A stretch of DNA of 31,804 nucleotides from a virus (taxonomy: Duplodnaviria; Caudoviricetes), in IMG/VR virus record IMGVR_UViG_3300016482_000012, positions 1-31,804 of that record; one strand, 5' to 3'. The notes under the pieces were generated by a model. It searched no databases, was not told the origin of the DNA, and was given only the letters and a program-made list of their open reading frames with translations. A program made the translations under genes and the position numbers. Positions 1 through 9,941 of this stretch are shown here, piece after piece (position 1 is the first letter of the stretch; every line of letters starts with the position of its first letter).

Positions 1-3000
1 AGGTTCTTGATCTGGTTGTCGATCGCATTATTCAGCCCAACCAGCTTACCCAGCGGCTCGGAATTCAAGAACTCGTAGGGATTCAGGCCGTCTTTTGCCC
101 TGCCCTTGGCCTCGTTCTCGATCATGTTGATTTCGCGATTGTTCCGGTAGAACTGCTCGGCATTGCCAGTGGGTCCACGGGTATTGCCATACAGGCGCCC
201 GACCAGCGGGATCTTGTAGGCCGGCAATTCATCGCCCGTGACCATGGACGACAGACTCTGTTCCAGCTTCATCGCCTCACGGCCAACGCCGCCGGTCAGC
301 TGTCCAATCACGTAATCGATCTGATCGGGTGACGGGCTGAACCAGCCAGGGCGGTAAGCATTACCACCCGTTAGGTCATTGATCGCCTTGGCCGACTCCT
401 TACCCAAGAAGCTGGCGCTATCCTTGGCCATCGTGAAACCTGGCTTCGGATTCTGCGGGTTGTTATTCTCGCGGTAGATCGTGCGCCCCGTCCAGTCTTT
501 GTTCTCGATCAGCGCCAGCGGCAGATCAATGACGGTGGGCGCCAGCGTTTGAGCCAGCGTAGAGGATGTACCAATCGGGTTGAACGACTCGGCCAAAATT
601 AGCATCAGGTTGCCAAGATGTTGACCAGCCGTTTTCTCGTTTTTGCCCATCGCCATTTCTACAGCAATGCGGCCAATGTTCGGGAAGACGTTATAGCCCA
701 GCGGCATCGGGATTGAAACGAACTGATCGCGGCTTACCGGAATGATAAAGCTGCGTTCCTTCACAAAGTCTGGAATCTTCGCGTAGTTGTCATCGTCGCC
801 GTCGCCGCCCATGACGGCCATGGTCATCAGGGCATCCAGCGCGCCCAGCAGCACACCGCCGTACATGATCTTCTTACCCATTGGGCCGGCCAGCGTCTGT
901 GCCATTCGTGCCGTGCCCTGCATGGATGCATTAAAGAATGCATACAGCGCACTTATGGTGCCGCTCTTAGCGCCCTTACGGTTAAAGTTCACGGTCAGGT
1001 TCTTGCCAATACTGGCGGCGCGCTCTTTGCTGATACCGGAATCAATCGCAACCTTGTAGGCGGCAAGGCGTACCGCATTTTCCATGGCCGTGTTGTAGTC
1101 ATTAATCCATTCAACAGTCGGACCGATCGAATAGCCGTAAGCCGTCTTGAACAGTCGCTTTGATCCCGCCCAGACACCGGTAGCATCGTCAGCGCCTAGC
1201 TTCTTAACGATATCCTTCTGGCGCTCTTTGGCGTCAGAGAATAGTTCGCGGTAGCCAGTAGCACCGCCCATCTCCTGATACTCACGCCAAAGCGCCTGGT
1301 ATTCTTTTGTGGCTTTCGTGGCATCCTTGCCGCGCTCGCCACGGTAGATCGCGCGCATTGCCGCCGGAATCTCCTTGGCAATCGCTTTCTGCTTGCCGGC
1401 AATGGCCGTGGTGGACAGGTTCAATGCGGCACCCTGGACGTCGCGGGCGAAGTTGATGACACCAAACACCGGGTTGTACTGGGTATTGATGCTGGCGAAC
1501 CAGCGCGTACCCTTCTGCGCCAGCTTGAGCAGGCCATCGACCGAATCCATATCCAGATTCTTCATGGCCGCAGCCAGACGTACGGCGTTCGGGTTATGCT
1601 CATTAAAGACGATAGCCGTATCCACGCCGCCAATCTTGAGCATCACGACATTGGGCAGGTTCTTGTAGTTGGGATCAACGTCCCGCACCACAAAGCCGGT
1701 GCGCGGGTCGATATAGCTACGCTTCGGGCGCTCAAGTGTCCAGAACTTGTTGTCCGGATTCTGCGCTGCCAGCAGATACAGCTTCTTGGCGACAATGTTT
1801 TTCTCGCCACGGGTAACGGCAGCATTACGCTGCATCGCAATGTGCGCCAGAATGTTGGTGACCTTGGCACCGCTACCTACGCGCCGGCGTGACTCCTGAC
1901 CCTTGACGCTAAAGCCCTGTCCAATTGGGTGGCTCTTGCTATCCGGGTGTGCCTCATCCCGGTGCAGCGGCACGTAGTGCTTGTACTTGCTCTGCCATGC
2001 GCGAATCGTTTCACGGTCAGACAGCCCGTATTGCAGCTGCAAATCAAGCGTCTTGGCATTCATGGCGTCGATCTTTTCGGCCAGCTTATCCAGGGCGGCA
2101 CGGCGCTTGGCGTCGTAACCCGCCATGATCTGCTCGGCTTCCTGATCAGACATGCCGGATAGCGCCAGCCGTTCCTCTTCGGTACCGTTGAATGCCTGGG
2201 CGCCGCTCCACCGGTTCAAGTCGTCAATGGCCTTTGACAGCGACCGCTCGATGTCCTTGGTGGCGCTGCCTTCCTTGGTGGATTTGTCCAGCTGTTCGCG
2301 CAGCGCCTTGACTTCATCGCTGGCCGTCTTGCGGCCTTCGTCAATCATGGCCTGCGTCGGGTTAGCTTCTGCCATAGCAGCATTGGCTTCCGGCGCATGG
2401 CGTGCATGCAGGAAACGCTCAAACTCTTCGATACCTACGCCAGCCGTACGCATCTCGGCCAGCAGCGGCTTGAGTTCGTTTTCCTCAAACTGGTTGACGC
2501 GAGTGGCGACGCGCCCGTGATACAGCTCTTCGCCCAGATAGGCGTCATTCAAGTCGCTGATTGTTCCCTTGGTGGCCTTGATCTTCTCGCGTAACCGTTT
2601 CAGATCAATAAACTTGTCCTGATAGTTGTAGATCAGGTCGTCGTATTTCTCCGGGTTGGTCAGTTCCTTGATCTTGGCACGCGCCTTTTCGTAGCGGTTC
2701 GCAATGGTTGGGTCCGTCTCGGGAGATTCATTGTCGCCCATGGTTGACCGGCTAAAGCGGATGTCGTCGTTGCCTGCTGACAGCTTCGTATCCACCACCG
2801 TTGCCAAACGCCCTGTGCGGCCACTGCGCACCCATAAACGGGCAGCATTCACAACATCCGCCACGACCAGATCAGCCTTAGCCTGATCCGACATACCGGC
2901 CTTGGACAGTTTGTCCAGATGACCGGCGAAGGACTTGAATCCGTGATCGTTTAACCAGTTGCGGATATGCTGCACCAGACGGCGCCAGCCTTTAACCTTC

Positions 3001-6000
3001 GCCAAATCCTCCGGCGCCATCTCCACCAACACTTCTTCCGTGGCGGCGACATTGGAATCCAGCCCATATTTGTTGCGCAGCGCATTGGCTTTCTTGCGAA
3101 CGGCTGCATTGTTCATCCAGATATTGTTCATAATCGGGTCAATATCGGTGCCGAATACAGCGCGCAATCCGTAGTGCCCAACCTCGTGATTAACCAGCAC
3201 ATGCTCGGCACGGAATTCGTCGGCAATGTTATCGGCAAACAGGTAAATCTCGCCTTCGTGGGTAGCACCTTCGACATCGCCCATGGCATTGCTTGCCACG
3301 ATGCTGTCGTACAGCCGTTTGTGCGTCGGGTTGTCCAGGTTCAAATCATCCGGTTTCGCGAAAACCTGTACGTTGGGCAGGTTCGCGAGCGACTTCTTGG
3401 CACGGGTGACAATGGCATTCAGATCGCGTAGCGCGATACCGCGCCCACCGCGTCGTGATAGATCGGGATCAATGTCGCTGGCGCGGCTAAAGATGGCCGT
3501 GCCCGTATCGGTTTCTTTGGTGTTGATTACCGACACGAGTTGGTCAAATGCCGCATTGATCGCCTTGCGCTCTTCACCATGGGGATACGGACGCCGTGCG
3601 CCCCACGGCGTCAGAATGGCGATGTTTTCCGGGGCATAGTTCAGGAACGGGCTTCTTGCACCAAGTTCGGCAATCTTGTCTTCGACGTAACCCTGGAAGG
3701 CGCGCGCTGCCATTTCGTGCGGCGTCGTCCAGTAGTTTTCACCACGACCCTGATCCAGTTCCTTGGCGTTCATCGCAAAAGACGTCGGCACCTTACGCGT
3801 CTTCTTGTCGCCTTGTTGCGCCTCAGCCAGCATCTTGAGGCGCTGGCTATAGCGCTGCATCGACCGACGAAGATCATCCAGTCTGCCGCTTTGCTTGGTT
3901 GCATCAAAACCGCTGCGGCCACGCACCGCCTTGTTGATAGCGCTCAAGGCTTCCAATAGATCGTTCGACCATCGCGCACCGCTCAGACCGTACTTGCCAC
4001 GCGGGTTAGGGTTAATCAAATTGACATCCAGCGATTCGCCGTTGACGATCTTCTTGGCGATGGTGTCAAACTCGGCCAATTGTTCAGCGCTGGCCGGCTT
4101 ATTGTTGCGCTTGTAGTATCGCGGATCCTTTTGCTCAGACAGGTCCTTGCGCATCTTGTCCAGGTCTTCCGCAACCTCTTCGCGAGACACGGCCACAAAC
4201 TTGTCTGCAAGCTTCGTATCTTCCACATAGGTTTCTGCCTTGCGGAACATGGTATCCATGACATTGTTGTATGCGACACGCAGCGCCTCGCGCACCCCGG
4301 AATTGTTGTACTGGAACCCGCCGCTTGCCATGTCATTCTCGGCGCCCTTGATGTTAAAGGTACGGGTGCCGTCGGGCAGCGTCTGCCATTTTCCGGATGC
4401 CTTGCCATCCTGCCGGCCAAGGTAATGATCCAGTGCATGAAACCACTCATGCGCCAGGGCTCCGGCACCATTCATCTTGGTCAGGTTAATCACAGCACGG
4501 CTACGCTCATAGTGCGCGCGGGCACTGCTCAAGCCCTGGCCACGGGCACCAAACGCCAGCGCCAAGTCGCCATTCAAACCAATCGCCTTGGCCGGGATAT
4601 TCAAAACCTCGGCCAAATCCATGAGTCCGTCATAGGCAGCGTTCATCACCTCTTGGCGCTCAATCTGGTTATTCCAGTTGCCAAATTCAACCCCACGGAA
4701 CCCGAAGGCTTCCATGAAGTCTTTGCCTTCGACGTCGCCAGTTCGGCGCGCAACGCCAGTTCGCTTCGTGTTGTCCGGTGTCGGTAGGTCGGCTTCGCCA
4801 AACGTGGTGCTGGTTTCCAGAATCTCACGGGCATTTTTCGCCATGTATTCCATGGCGGCTGTGCGTGACGGAAATAGCTTGTCTACGACTTTGACGCGCT
4901 TCTTGTCCGTTACATCGCGCCAGATTTCATACTGGGGCTCGCCGTTTTCGTCTTTCGTGCCGGACGTGACAACACGGTGCTTCATCGCAACCGCTAATAG
5001 CGGAATAGCATCGAGCGCCTCTTGCTCGGTTGCAAACCCATTCCTGCTGCCAACAATCTGTTCTTTGCCAAGCCAGTCTTTGCTTCGGCTATCTCGGACA
5101 AGCCAACGCCCTTCATCGTCTCCTGCAACGACTTGCGACACCTTGAAGCGGCGCGCCCATGTCGGGCGATCATCCTGCGCCTTGGTCTTACCGGTGCTGC
5201 CGGTTTTGGTTGCCGTATCCTTGCGGGCGCCGCCGATCTTTTCGCCCAGATCGGTAATGGTATCGGTTGCTTTGAGCTGGATAGGTACTGACTGCTGTGC
5301 CGGTTCGGTTTCCATGGCTGCGGCGGTCTGCGCCTCGGTCATGCCCTTCTTCTGCATGTACTTGCGGGCATCGGCCTCGGTCTTGAAGACTCGCGGCGGC
5401 ACGGTGTTCATTACGCCTGGGGCATTCGGGCGGCCAGACATGACGACGCCGCCGCCATTGTCGGATTCGATCAGGAAGCCGCCTTCGGTCGGTTTGACGG
5501 CGTAGGTAAACTCGCGTTTTACGCCTTGACCGGCTCTGGTGTCGGATGCTTGCGGTTCTTGCGCTTGAGTTTTTACGGCTTGAGCGGTGCCATCGCCTTC
5601 TTGGCCTTGCGGATTGCCGTTGCCATTTTGCTGTCCTGCGGCAGCTTCGGCATTTTGGTCTGGTTGTCCATTGCCGCTTTGATCAGCTGCTCCCCGGCCT
5701 TCGTTGTCGACAGGTCGTTGTATCTCTGCCCGTCCGCCAGTAGTGTTGCCCCCAGCAGGGTTGCCGCTAAGGGGGAGTCCGAGCGTTTGACCGGTGCCGG
5801 TACCGTCTTCTGTTGGGTCATTGATCGCTCCTAGAATATCCAGCGGCGACACAGAATCGCCAAATAATCCCGCATCACCGCGGGTTTCCATTGCCGCCTG
5901 GATGTACTTGCCCAGCACGTCCAGAACGCGCTCACGCCCCTTGGCGCGAGTCAGATAGGTGCCAGTATAGAACAGGCGTAAAACGTCGATCGTCAGCGGG

Positions 6001-8366
6001 TCTGGCATGCTGCCGGTTTCCAGACTGGCCTGACGGGTCATCTCGTACAGCGATTGACGGGTTTCGCGCGACGTCCGAATCATGTTCACGGCTTGCAACA
6101 GATTGCCGGTAATATCGACTTGCGGATCAATCGCGCCAATCTCTGCCGAATCGCGCATGTTTGCCCAGCCGCCAGCTGTTAGCTTCAGCACTTCGCCAAT
6201 CGTTTTAATATCCGAGTCCAGGCTATCAAACATGGTCTCTACCAGATCAGCATCACCGTAGGCGCGCTGCACCAGCGCCGCCTGAATCCGATTGCGCCCC
6301 ATGGGGGACAGCGTACCGTCTGCCGTCAGGAATCCGGCGACATCCTGACCGGCGCCAGCCAGCTTGCCGATGAAGCCACGCACGAAATCGCGGTTCGCGC
6401 CATGCGTAATATCAACGGGTTGATACAGGCCAATCAGGCTTGAATCAATCAGCGGTGCGTCCTGTGCCGCCAGTTCGGCCGGCGACATGCCAAGGCCCTG
6501 CCCCTGACTCTTTGCGGCCATGTTCTCGGTATTGCTGGTGTCAGAATACACGCGCACCAGCATCGGGTTTTTGATCTTGGCGATTTCCTCAGCAGGAATG
6601 CCGTGCGTCTGAACGTCGGCGACCAGTTCGCGCGTATAGGCTTCGGCCTTGCCATTCTGATAGGCGGCACGAATGCCCGCCGTGCGCCCATTGTTCAGCG
6701 CCTTGATGGTGCCCGGCACTTTGGAGGAAAACTCGGGATTGACCGTGCCATCGGCAAAGTTAGACGGCTGCACCGCATTGGCATCCACTACCGCGTAGCG
6801 GAACGGCACGCGCTGGCCATCGGCCATGACGGCAATATCTTCGCTGCCCACAGCTTCCGGTTTAATCAGGCTGGGCGCATAATCGACGGCAAAGACCATC
6901 GGCGCACCGGAGTCCGGGGTACGGCTCGGGCCAAGGCGCATGTAATCCGGATTCTTGGCAATGTTCGCCATCTGAATGACCGAGGCCGTGCGGGCACGGT
7001 CACGGTTTTGCAGATCGGTCTGCACGGCGGCAGGCGCTGGCTGCGGCGCGGCATCCAGTTCGATGCCGACCGGTGCCACCGATTTGGTCGTGGCGACTGC
7101 GGCAGGGTCAATGACTGCTACGCCTTGGCTGGAAACGGGTACTTCGGCTGGTTGTCGCGGTTCTGCCGCGATGGCTTCTTGGGCTTGAGCGCCATTCTGT
7201 TGCTCCGTTGGTTGGTTGATACCTAACTGATTAAGATCAGTCGGCTGATCTTGTTCTTGTGCAGTAATCTGCGTCAGTAGATTTGCAGCTTCCTGCTGCT
7301 CGTCTGCCGTTAGTTGGCGCTGCTGACTGGCCAGCTCAATCTCTGCCAAACGGTTCAGCGGATCCACCGGCTGCGGCGGTGCCGTTTCCAACGGCTGCTC
7401 AGCTACCTGATCAGGCGCACCCACAACCGTGACGTTAGGGACCGGCTGCGCGGGATCTGCCGCGCCCTGCTTACGGTTTGCGACATAGTTATAGCCGCCG
7501 CCTACGCCGCCCATTGCAGCGCCAGCCAGCAGGCCAGTAGCGGCGGCATTGCCGACGCCTTCCATAATGGGCTTGCCGGTTGCAAAGTTCTGCCACATCT
7601 GCTCCTGCATCGATTGCGGCAATTCTTCAAAAGCACCTTCCGACATCCCAGCTTTGCCGACCTGGCTAACAAAGCCTTGAGCAGTAGCGCGTGGCCCGCC
7701 CTGTGCCAGCAGAGTATCCACATCAGCCACGCCCAGTTTCTGTGCCAGCTTGCCGCCAGCAAAACCCAGAACGCCGGTACCAATACCAGAGCCAATGGCT
7801 GACAGGGATTGTTTGGCCGTCAGCGTGCCATCAGCGGATTCGCTACGGATCTGTTCAGCGGCGCTACCTGCGCCTATGGCACCCTCACCCATTGCCCCTG
7901 CGGCGACAGCGCCAATACGCGGCGCGACCTTCAGCCCAAAACGAGCAAGGCCGGCGCCGCCCAGCATCGACGGCAGCGATTCCAGCGTGGTTGCAGCAAT
8001 CGTGCTGGGGTTCTGTACGGCAGTGGCCAGCGTGTCTGTAAAGCCTTCAGCCTCACGAACCTTGGCATTGGCTTCCTGCTGTGCTGGCGAAAGAAACGTA
8101 TCGAGATATTCCTTGGCCTGCCTCGGGTTATAGCCAATATCTTCCAGAGCCTTGCCAACCGAACCACCAGCTGGAATATCAACAAGACCTACTACGGATT
8201 CTGGTAGAGAAGTGGCGCCTTTGAGTCCTGTAATGCCGATGTCTTTAATCACATCCAGGGCATCACGATCCTTTGGCTTCTTTGGGGTTATGCCAGATTC
8301 TGCAAACAGATCCCGGCCTTCGGAGCCGACAGAAATTCCAGCTTCAGCAAATAGGTCACGCGCCAT
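1..8366 (-). CDS. Giant polyvalent virion/ejection protein (>2788 aa, 3' end beyond window) with DdrB-like ParB, LPD5-like motif, LPD1-like HEWFH zincin, second HEVGH zincin and LPD38-like C-terminal region
   Basis: ATG at 8366 with GAGGG upstream. Manual translation gives MARDLFAEAGISVGSEGRDLFAESGI... The same frame gives LQNRDR (~7000), NNGRT (6681-6695), DLGEKIGGARKD (~5220-5255), HEWFHALD (HEWFH 4437-4451), YWTTPHEMAARAFQGYV/PYPHGEER (~3570-3735), HEVGH (3174-3188) and PSPDQIDYVIGQLTGGVG (~285-340), and is still open at position 3. The ORF track lists no ORF in this frame, consistent with no stop in the window. Confidence 0.88.
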   Translation of the reverse strand, partial: MARDLFAEAGISVGSEGRDLFAESGITPKKPKDRDALDVIKDIGITGLKGATSLPESVVGLVDIPAGGSVGKALEDIGYNPRQAKEYLDTFLSPAQQEANAKVREAEGFTDTLATAVQNPSTIAATTLESLPSMLGGAGLARFGLKVAPRIGAVAAGAMGEGAIGAGSAAEQIRSESADGTLTAKQSLSAIGSGIGTGVLGFAGGKLAQKLGVADVDTLLAQGGPRATAQGFVSQVGKAGMSEGAFEELPQSMQEQMWQNFATGKPIMEGVGNAAATGLLAGAAMGGVGGGYNYVANRKQGAADPAQPVPNVTVVGAPDQVAEQPLETAPPQPVDPLNRLAEIELASQQRQLTADEQQEAANLLTQITAQEQDQPTDLNQLGINQPTEQQNGAQAQEAIAAEPRQPAEVPVSSQGVAVIDPAAVATTKSVAPVGIELDAAPQPAPAAVQTDLQNRDRARTASVIQMANIAKNPDYMRLGPSRTPDSGAPMVFAVDYAPSLIKPEAVGSEDIAVMADGQRVPFRYAVVDANAVQPSNFADGTVNPEFSSKVPGTIKALNNGRTAGIRAAYQNGKAEAYTRELVADVQTHGIPAEEIAKIKNPMLVRVYSDTSNTENMAAKSQGQGLGMSPAELAAQDAPLIDSSLIGLYQPVDITHGANRDFVRGFIGKLAGAGQDVAGFLTADGTLSPMGRNRIQAALVQRAYGDADLVETMFDSLDSDIKTIGEVLKLTAGGWANMRDSAEIGAIDPQVDITGNLLQAVNMIRTSRETRQSLYEMTRQASLETGSMPDPLTIDVLRLFYTGTYLTRAKGRERVLDVLGKYIQAAMETRGDAGLFGDSVSPLDILGAINDPTEDGTGTGQTLGLPLSGNPAGGNTTGGRAEIQRPVDNEGRGAADQSGNGQPDQNAEAAAGQQNGNGNPQGQEGDGTAQAVKTQAQEPQASDTRAGQGVKREFTYAVKPTEGGFLIESDNGGGVVMSGRPNAPGVMNTVPPRVFKTEADARKYMQKKGMTEAQTAAAMETEPAQQSVPIQLKATDTITDLGEKIGGARKDTATKTGSTGKTKAQDDRPTWARRFKVSQVVAGDDEGRWLVRDSRSKDWLGKEQIVGSRNGFATEQEALDAIPLLAVAMKHRVVTSGTKDENGEPQYEIWRDVTDKKRVKVVDKLFPSRTAAMEYMAKNAREILETSTTFGEADLPTPDNTKRTGVARRTGDVEGKDFMEAFGFRGVEFGNWNNQIERQEVMNAAYDGLMDLAEVLNIPAKAIGLNGDLALAFGARGQGLSSARAHYERSRAVINLTKMNGAGALAHEWFHALDHYLGRQDGKASGKWQTLPDGTRTFNIKGAENDMASGGFQYNNSGVREALRVAYNNVMDTMFRKAETYVEDTKLADKFVAVSREEVAEDLDKMRKDLSEQKDPRYYKRNNKPASAEQLAEFDTIAKKIVNGESLDVNLINPNPRGKYGLSGARWSNDLLEALSAINKAVRGRSGFDATKQSGRLDDLRRSMQRYSQRLKMLAEAQQGDKKTRKVPTSFAMNAKELDQGRGENYWTTPHEMAARAFQGYVEDKIAELGARSPFLNYAPENIAILTPWGARRPYPHGEERKAINAAFDQLVSVINTKETDTGTAIFSRASDIDPDLSRRGGRGIALRDLNAIVTRAKKSLANLPNVQVFAKPDDLNLDNPTHKRLYDSIVASNAMGDVEGATHEGEIYLFADNIADEFRAEHVLVNHEVGHYGLRAVFGTDIDPIMNNIWMNNAAVRKKANALRNKYGLDSNVAATEEVLVEMAPEDLAKVKGWRRLVQHIRNWLNDHGFKSFAGHLDKLSKAGMSDQAKADLVVADVVNAARLWVRSGRTGRLATVVDTKLSAGNDDIRFSRSTMGDNESPETDPTIANRYEKARAKIKELTNPEKYDDLIYNYQDKFIDLKRLREKIKATKGTISDLNDAYLGEELYHGRVATRVNQFEENELKPLLAEMRTAGVGIEEFERFLHARHAPEANAAMAEANPTQAMIDEGRKTASDEVKALREQLDKSTKEGSATKDIERSLSKAIDDLNRWSGAQAFNGTEEERLALSGMSDQEAEQIMAGYDAKRRAALDKLAEKIDAMNAKTLDLQLQYGLSDRETIRAWQSKYKHYVPLHRDEAHPDSKSHPIGQGFSVKGQESRRRVGSGAKVTNILAHIAMQRNAAVTRGEKNIVAKKLYLLAAQNPDNKFWTLERPKRSYIDPRTGFVVRDVDPNYKNLPNVVMLKIGGVDTAIVFNEHNPNAVRLAAAMKNLDMDSVDGLLKLAQKGTRWFASINTQYNPVFGVINFARDVQGAALNLSTTAIAGKQKAIAKEIPAAMRAIYRGERGKDATKATKEYQALWREYQEMGGATGYRELFSDAKERQKDIVKKLGADDATGVWAGSKRLFKTAYGYSIGPTVEWINDYNTAMENAVRLAAYKVAIDSGISKERAASIGKNLTVNFNRKGAKSGTISALYAFFNASMQGTARMAQTLAGPMGKKIMYGGVLLGALDALMTMAVMGGDGDDDNYAKIPDFVKERSFIIPVSRDQFVSIPMPLGYNVFPNIGRIAVEMAMGKNEKTAGQHLGNLMLILAESFNPIGTSSTLAQTLAPTVIDLPLALIENKDWTGRTIYRENNNPQNPKPGFTMAKDSASFLGKESAKAINDLTGGNAYRPGWFSPSPDQIDYVIGQLTGGVGREAMKLEQSLSSMVTGDELPAYKIPLVGRLYGNTRGPTGNAEQFYRNNREINMIENEAKGRAKDGLNPYEFLNSEPLGKLVGLNNAIDNQIKN
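5573..5821 (-). CDS. Putative nested (alternative-frame) 82-aa protein inside the giant gene
   Basis: AGGAG 6 nt upstream of the ATG (ctAGGAGcgatcaATG). It overlaps a low-complexity linker of the giant protein. Confidence 0.45.
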   Translation of the reverse strand: MTQQKTVPAPVKRSDSPLAATLLGATLLADGQRYNDLSTTKAGEQLIKAAMDNQTKMPKLPQDSKMATAIRKAKKAMAPLKP

Positions 8367-8399
8367 GAGTCAACACCCTCAACAGTAGTTTGCCGAGGG

Positions 8400-8415
8400 T
8401 GCCATGCTTGCCACG
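8400..8415 (-). promoter_or_regulatory. 16-bp late-region motif CGTGGCAAGCATGGCA, copy 1 (upstream of giant gene)
   Basis: Exact copy, intergenic, 33 nt before the ATG at 8366. Confidence 0.75.
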
Positions 8416-8417
8416 GT

Positions 8418-9941
8418 TTACTTCAGTCCAAGCTGCTTTCGCACAGCTTCTTTGCTGATCCCGTACTTCTTGGCGGTCGCCGCAATATCTTCTTCCGTCA
8501 CGTTTTCCAGGGGCTTCGGCGCAGCGGCTGGCTGTGCCCCGGTGTCCGGTGCGGCAGCTGGTGCAGCGGCTGCTTGTTTGACACGTGGTCCCTGAATCGT
8601 GATCGGCTGGCCGTCTGTCGGTGGCTTAACCGGGATAATGGTTACCGTGCCATCCCGCAGCTTCTGGATGACGTTGCCGCCTTGACCATACTGGTCCTGT
8701 TTGAACTCAACGCTTACGCCGTCATTGCTCTTCGGCGCGGCGTCAATCACGCCAGTACGCACGGCATTGATCTGTGCCGTCGTCGCATTCGGATTCGTCT
8801 CTTTGTACAAACCAACAGCGGCGTCACGCTTCTCCTGCCGGTCATTGCGGTTTTCGTTAAAGTTGTAGGCGGCACGGCCTTCGGACGCATTGGCGCGGTC
8901 ATTTTGTTGAATGTTGAAGAACCGATTGAATGCCTCGTTTGCCTTGCCGAGCGAGTCAAGTTCAGACACCGTATTGAGCGATCGCGTATTGCCATTGGCA
9001 TCACGGTAGGTGATCACACGGGTATTGATACCGCCCTGCCCTTTAACCATCTTGTCGGAGATAACGCTCTTCTCGTCAAACTTGGTCGTTCCGGTTTTGT
9101 TGAATTGCGCCAGAACGTCAGAAAGCGGCGCGCCACTTTGCGCCAGACGGAGGGCGGACTCATAGCCCTCGTTCTGCAATCGGGTCAGGGAGTCAGATAG
9201 TTCCCCGAACTTCTTGGCATCTAGTTTTCCGTACTTGGCATCAACGGCCAGCATCGATGCGCGGTCTGCCAGCTGGTCACCAATGGTGTAATCCGGACGC
9301 GCCGGCATGGTTGGCGGCAACCCGAGTTGCGCACCAGTTTTGCCAGAGGCTTTGGCGCTTTCGTAATCCGATAGGCTTTGCTGGTATTCACCAAGGGCTT
9401 TGTTGTACTGCTTCTGGTTCTGGCCGAAGCGCGTGCCCTGCATAGCTTGGCCAAATTCCTTCTCGTAATCCTGTTCCTTCTGGAAACGAGCTTCTTCGCG
9501 CGCACCCTGCCGTGCCTGCATTTCCATGGCGATACCCTTGATCGGGTCGCCCATGGATTTAAGCACGCCAGCCATAGCCTGATTTTTGGCGCTCAACTGT
9601 TCGCTCTCAGTTGGTGCTTTATCGTAGGTCTTGCCAAGAAACTGATACTGTTCCTTTTTCATGGTAATCGGTGCTGCGGTGCCCTCAGACCCGTCCGCTG
9701 TAAAATTCGGGGTGACAGTAACCGTGCCATTATCGCCGCGCTGCACATTGTAGAAAGCCTTGCCGCTTTCATCTTTGGCATCGGTCATTGCTTTAACCTG
9801 ATCATCTGTCCAGCCATCAGTTTTCTCGACTTCCGACCTTCCGATTTTGGCAAGCTTCGCGTCAAGTACAACATTCCGCACTGTGTTATAAGTGCTATTA
9901 AATGATGCCATTGCATCTACAATAGAATTACGACGCGGCAT
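8418..9941 (-). CDS. Probable internal virion/DNA ejection protein (~507 aa)
   Basis: Long Ala/Gln/Lys-rich ORF. Likely start is MPRRNS at 9941 with a GAGGAG RBS. It lies between the pilot-like gene and the giant gene, the usual ejection-protein slot of podoviruses. Confidence 0.65.
   Translation of the reverse strand: MPRRNSIVDAMASFNSTYNTVRNVVLDAKLAKIGRSEVEKTDGWTDDQVKAMTDAKDESGKAFYNVQRGDNGTVTVTPNFTADGSEGTAAPITMKKEQYQFLGKTYDKAPTESEQLSAKNQAMAGVLKSMGDPIKGIAMEMQARQGAREEARFQKEQDYEKEFGQAMQGTRFGQNQKQYNKALGEYQQSLSDYESAKASGKTGAQLGLPPTMPARPDYTIGDQLADRASMLAVDAKYGKLDAKKFGELSDSLTRLQNEGYESALRLAQSGAPLSDVLAQFNKTGTTKFDEKSVISDKMVKGQGGINTRVITYRDANGNTRSLNTVSELDSLGKANEAFNRFFNIQQNDRANASEGRAAYNFNENRNDRQEKRDAAVGLYKETNPNATTAQINAVRTGVIDAAPKSNDGVSVEFKQDQYGQGGNVIQKLRDGTVTIIPVKPPTDGQPITIQGPRVKQAAAAPAAAPDTGAQPAAAPKPLENVTEEDIAATAKKYGISKEAVRKQLGLK

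Noticed and set aside
787-8388. Many plus-strand ORFs (up to 275 aa) and short minus-strand ORFs over the left 8 kb
   Set aside because: They are antisense or frame shadows of the giant minus-strand gene in GC-rich DNA, with no recognisable motifs. Only the two with clear RBS-ATG signals were kept as candidates.
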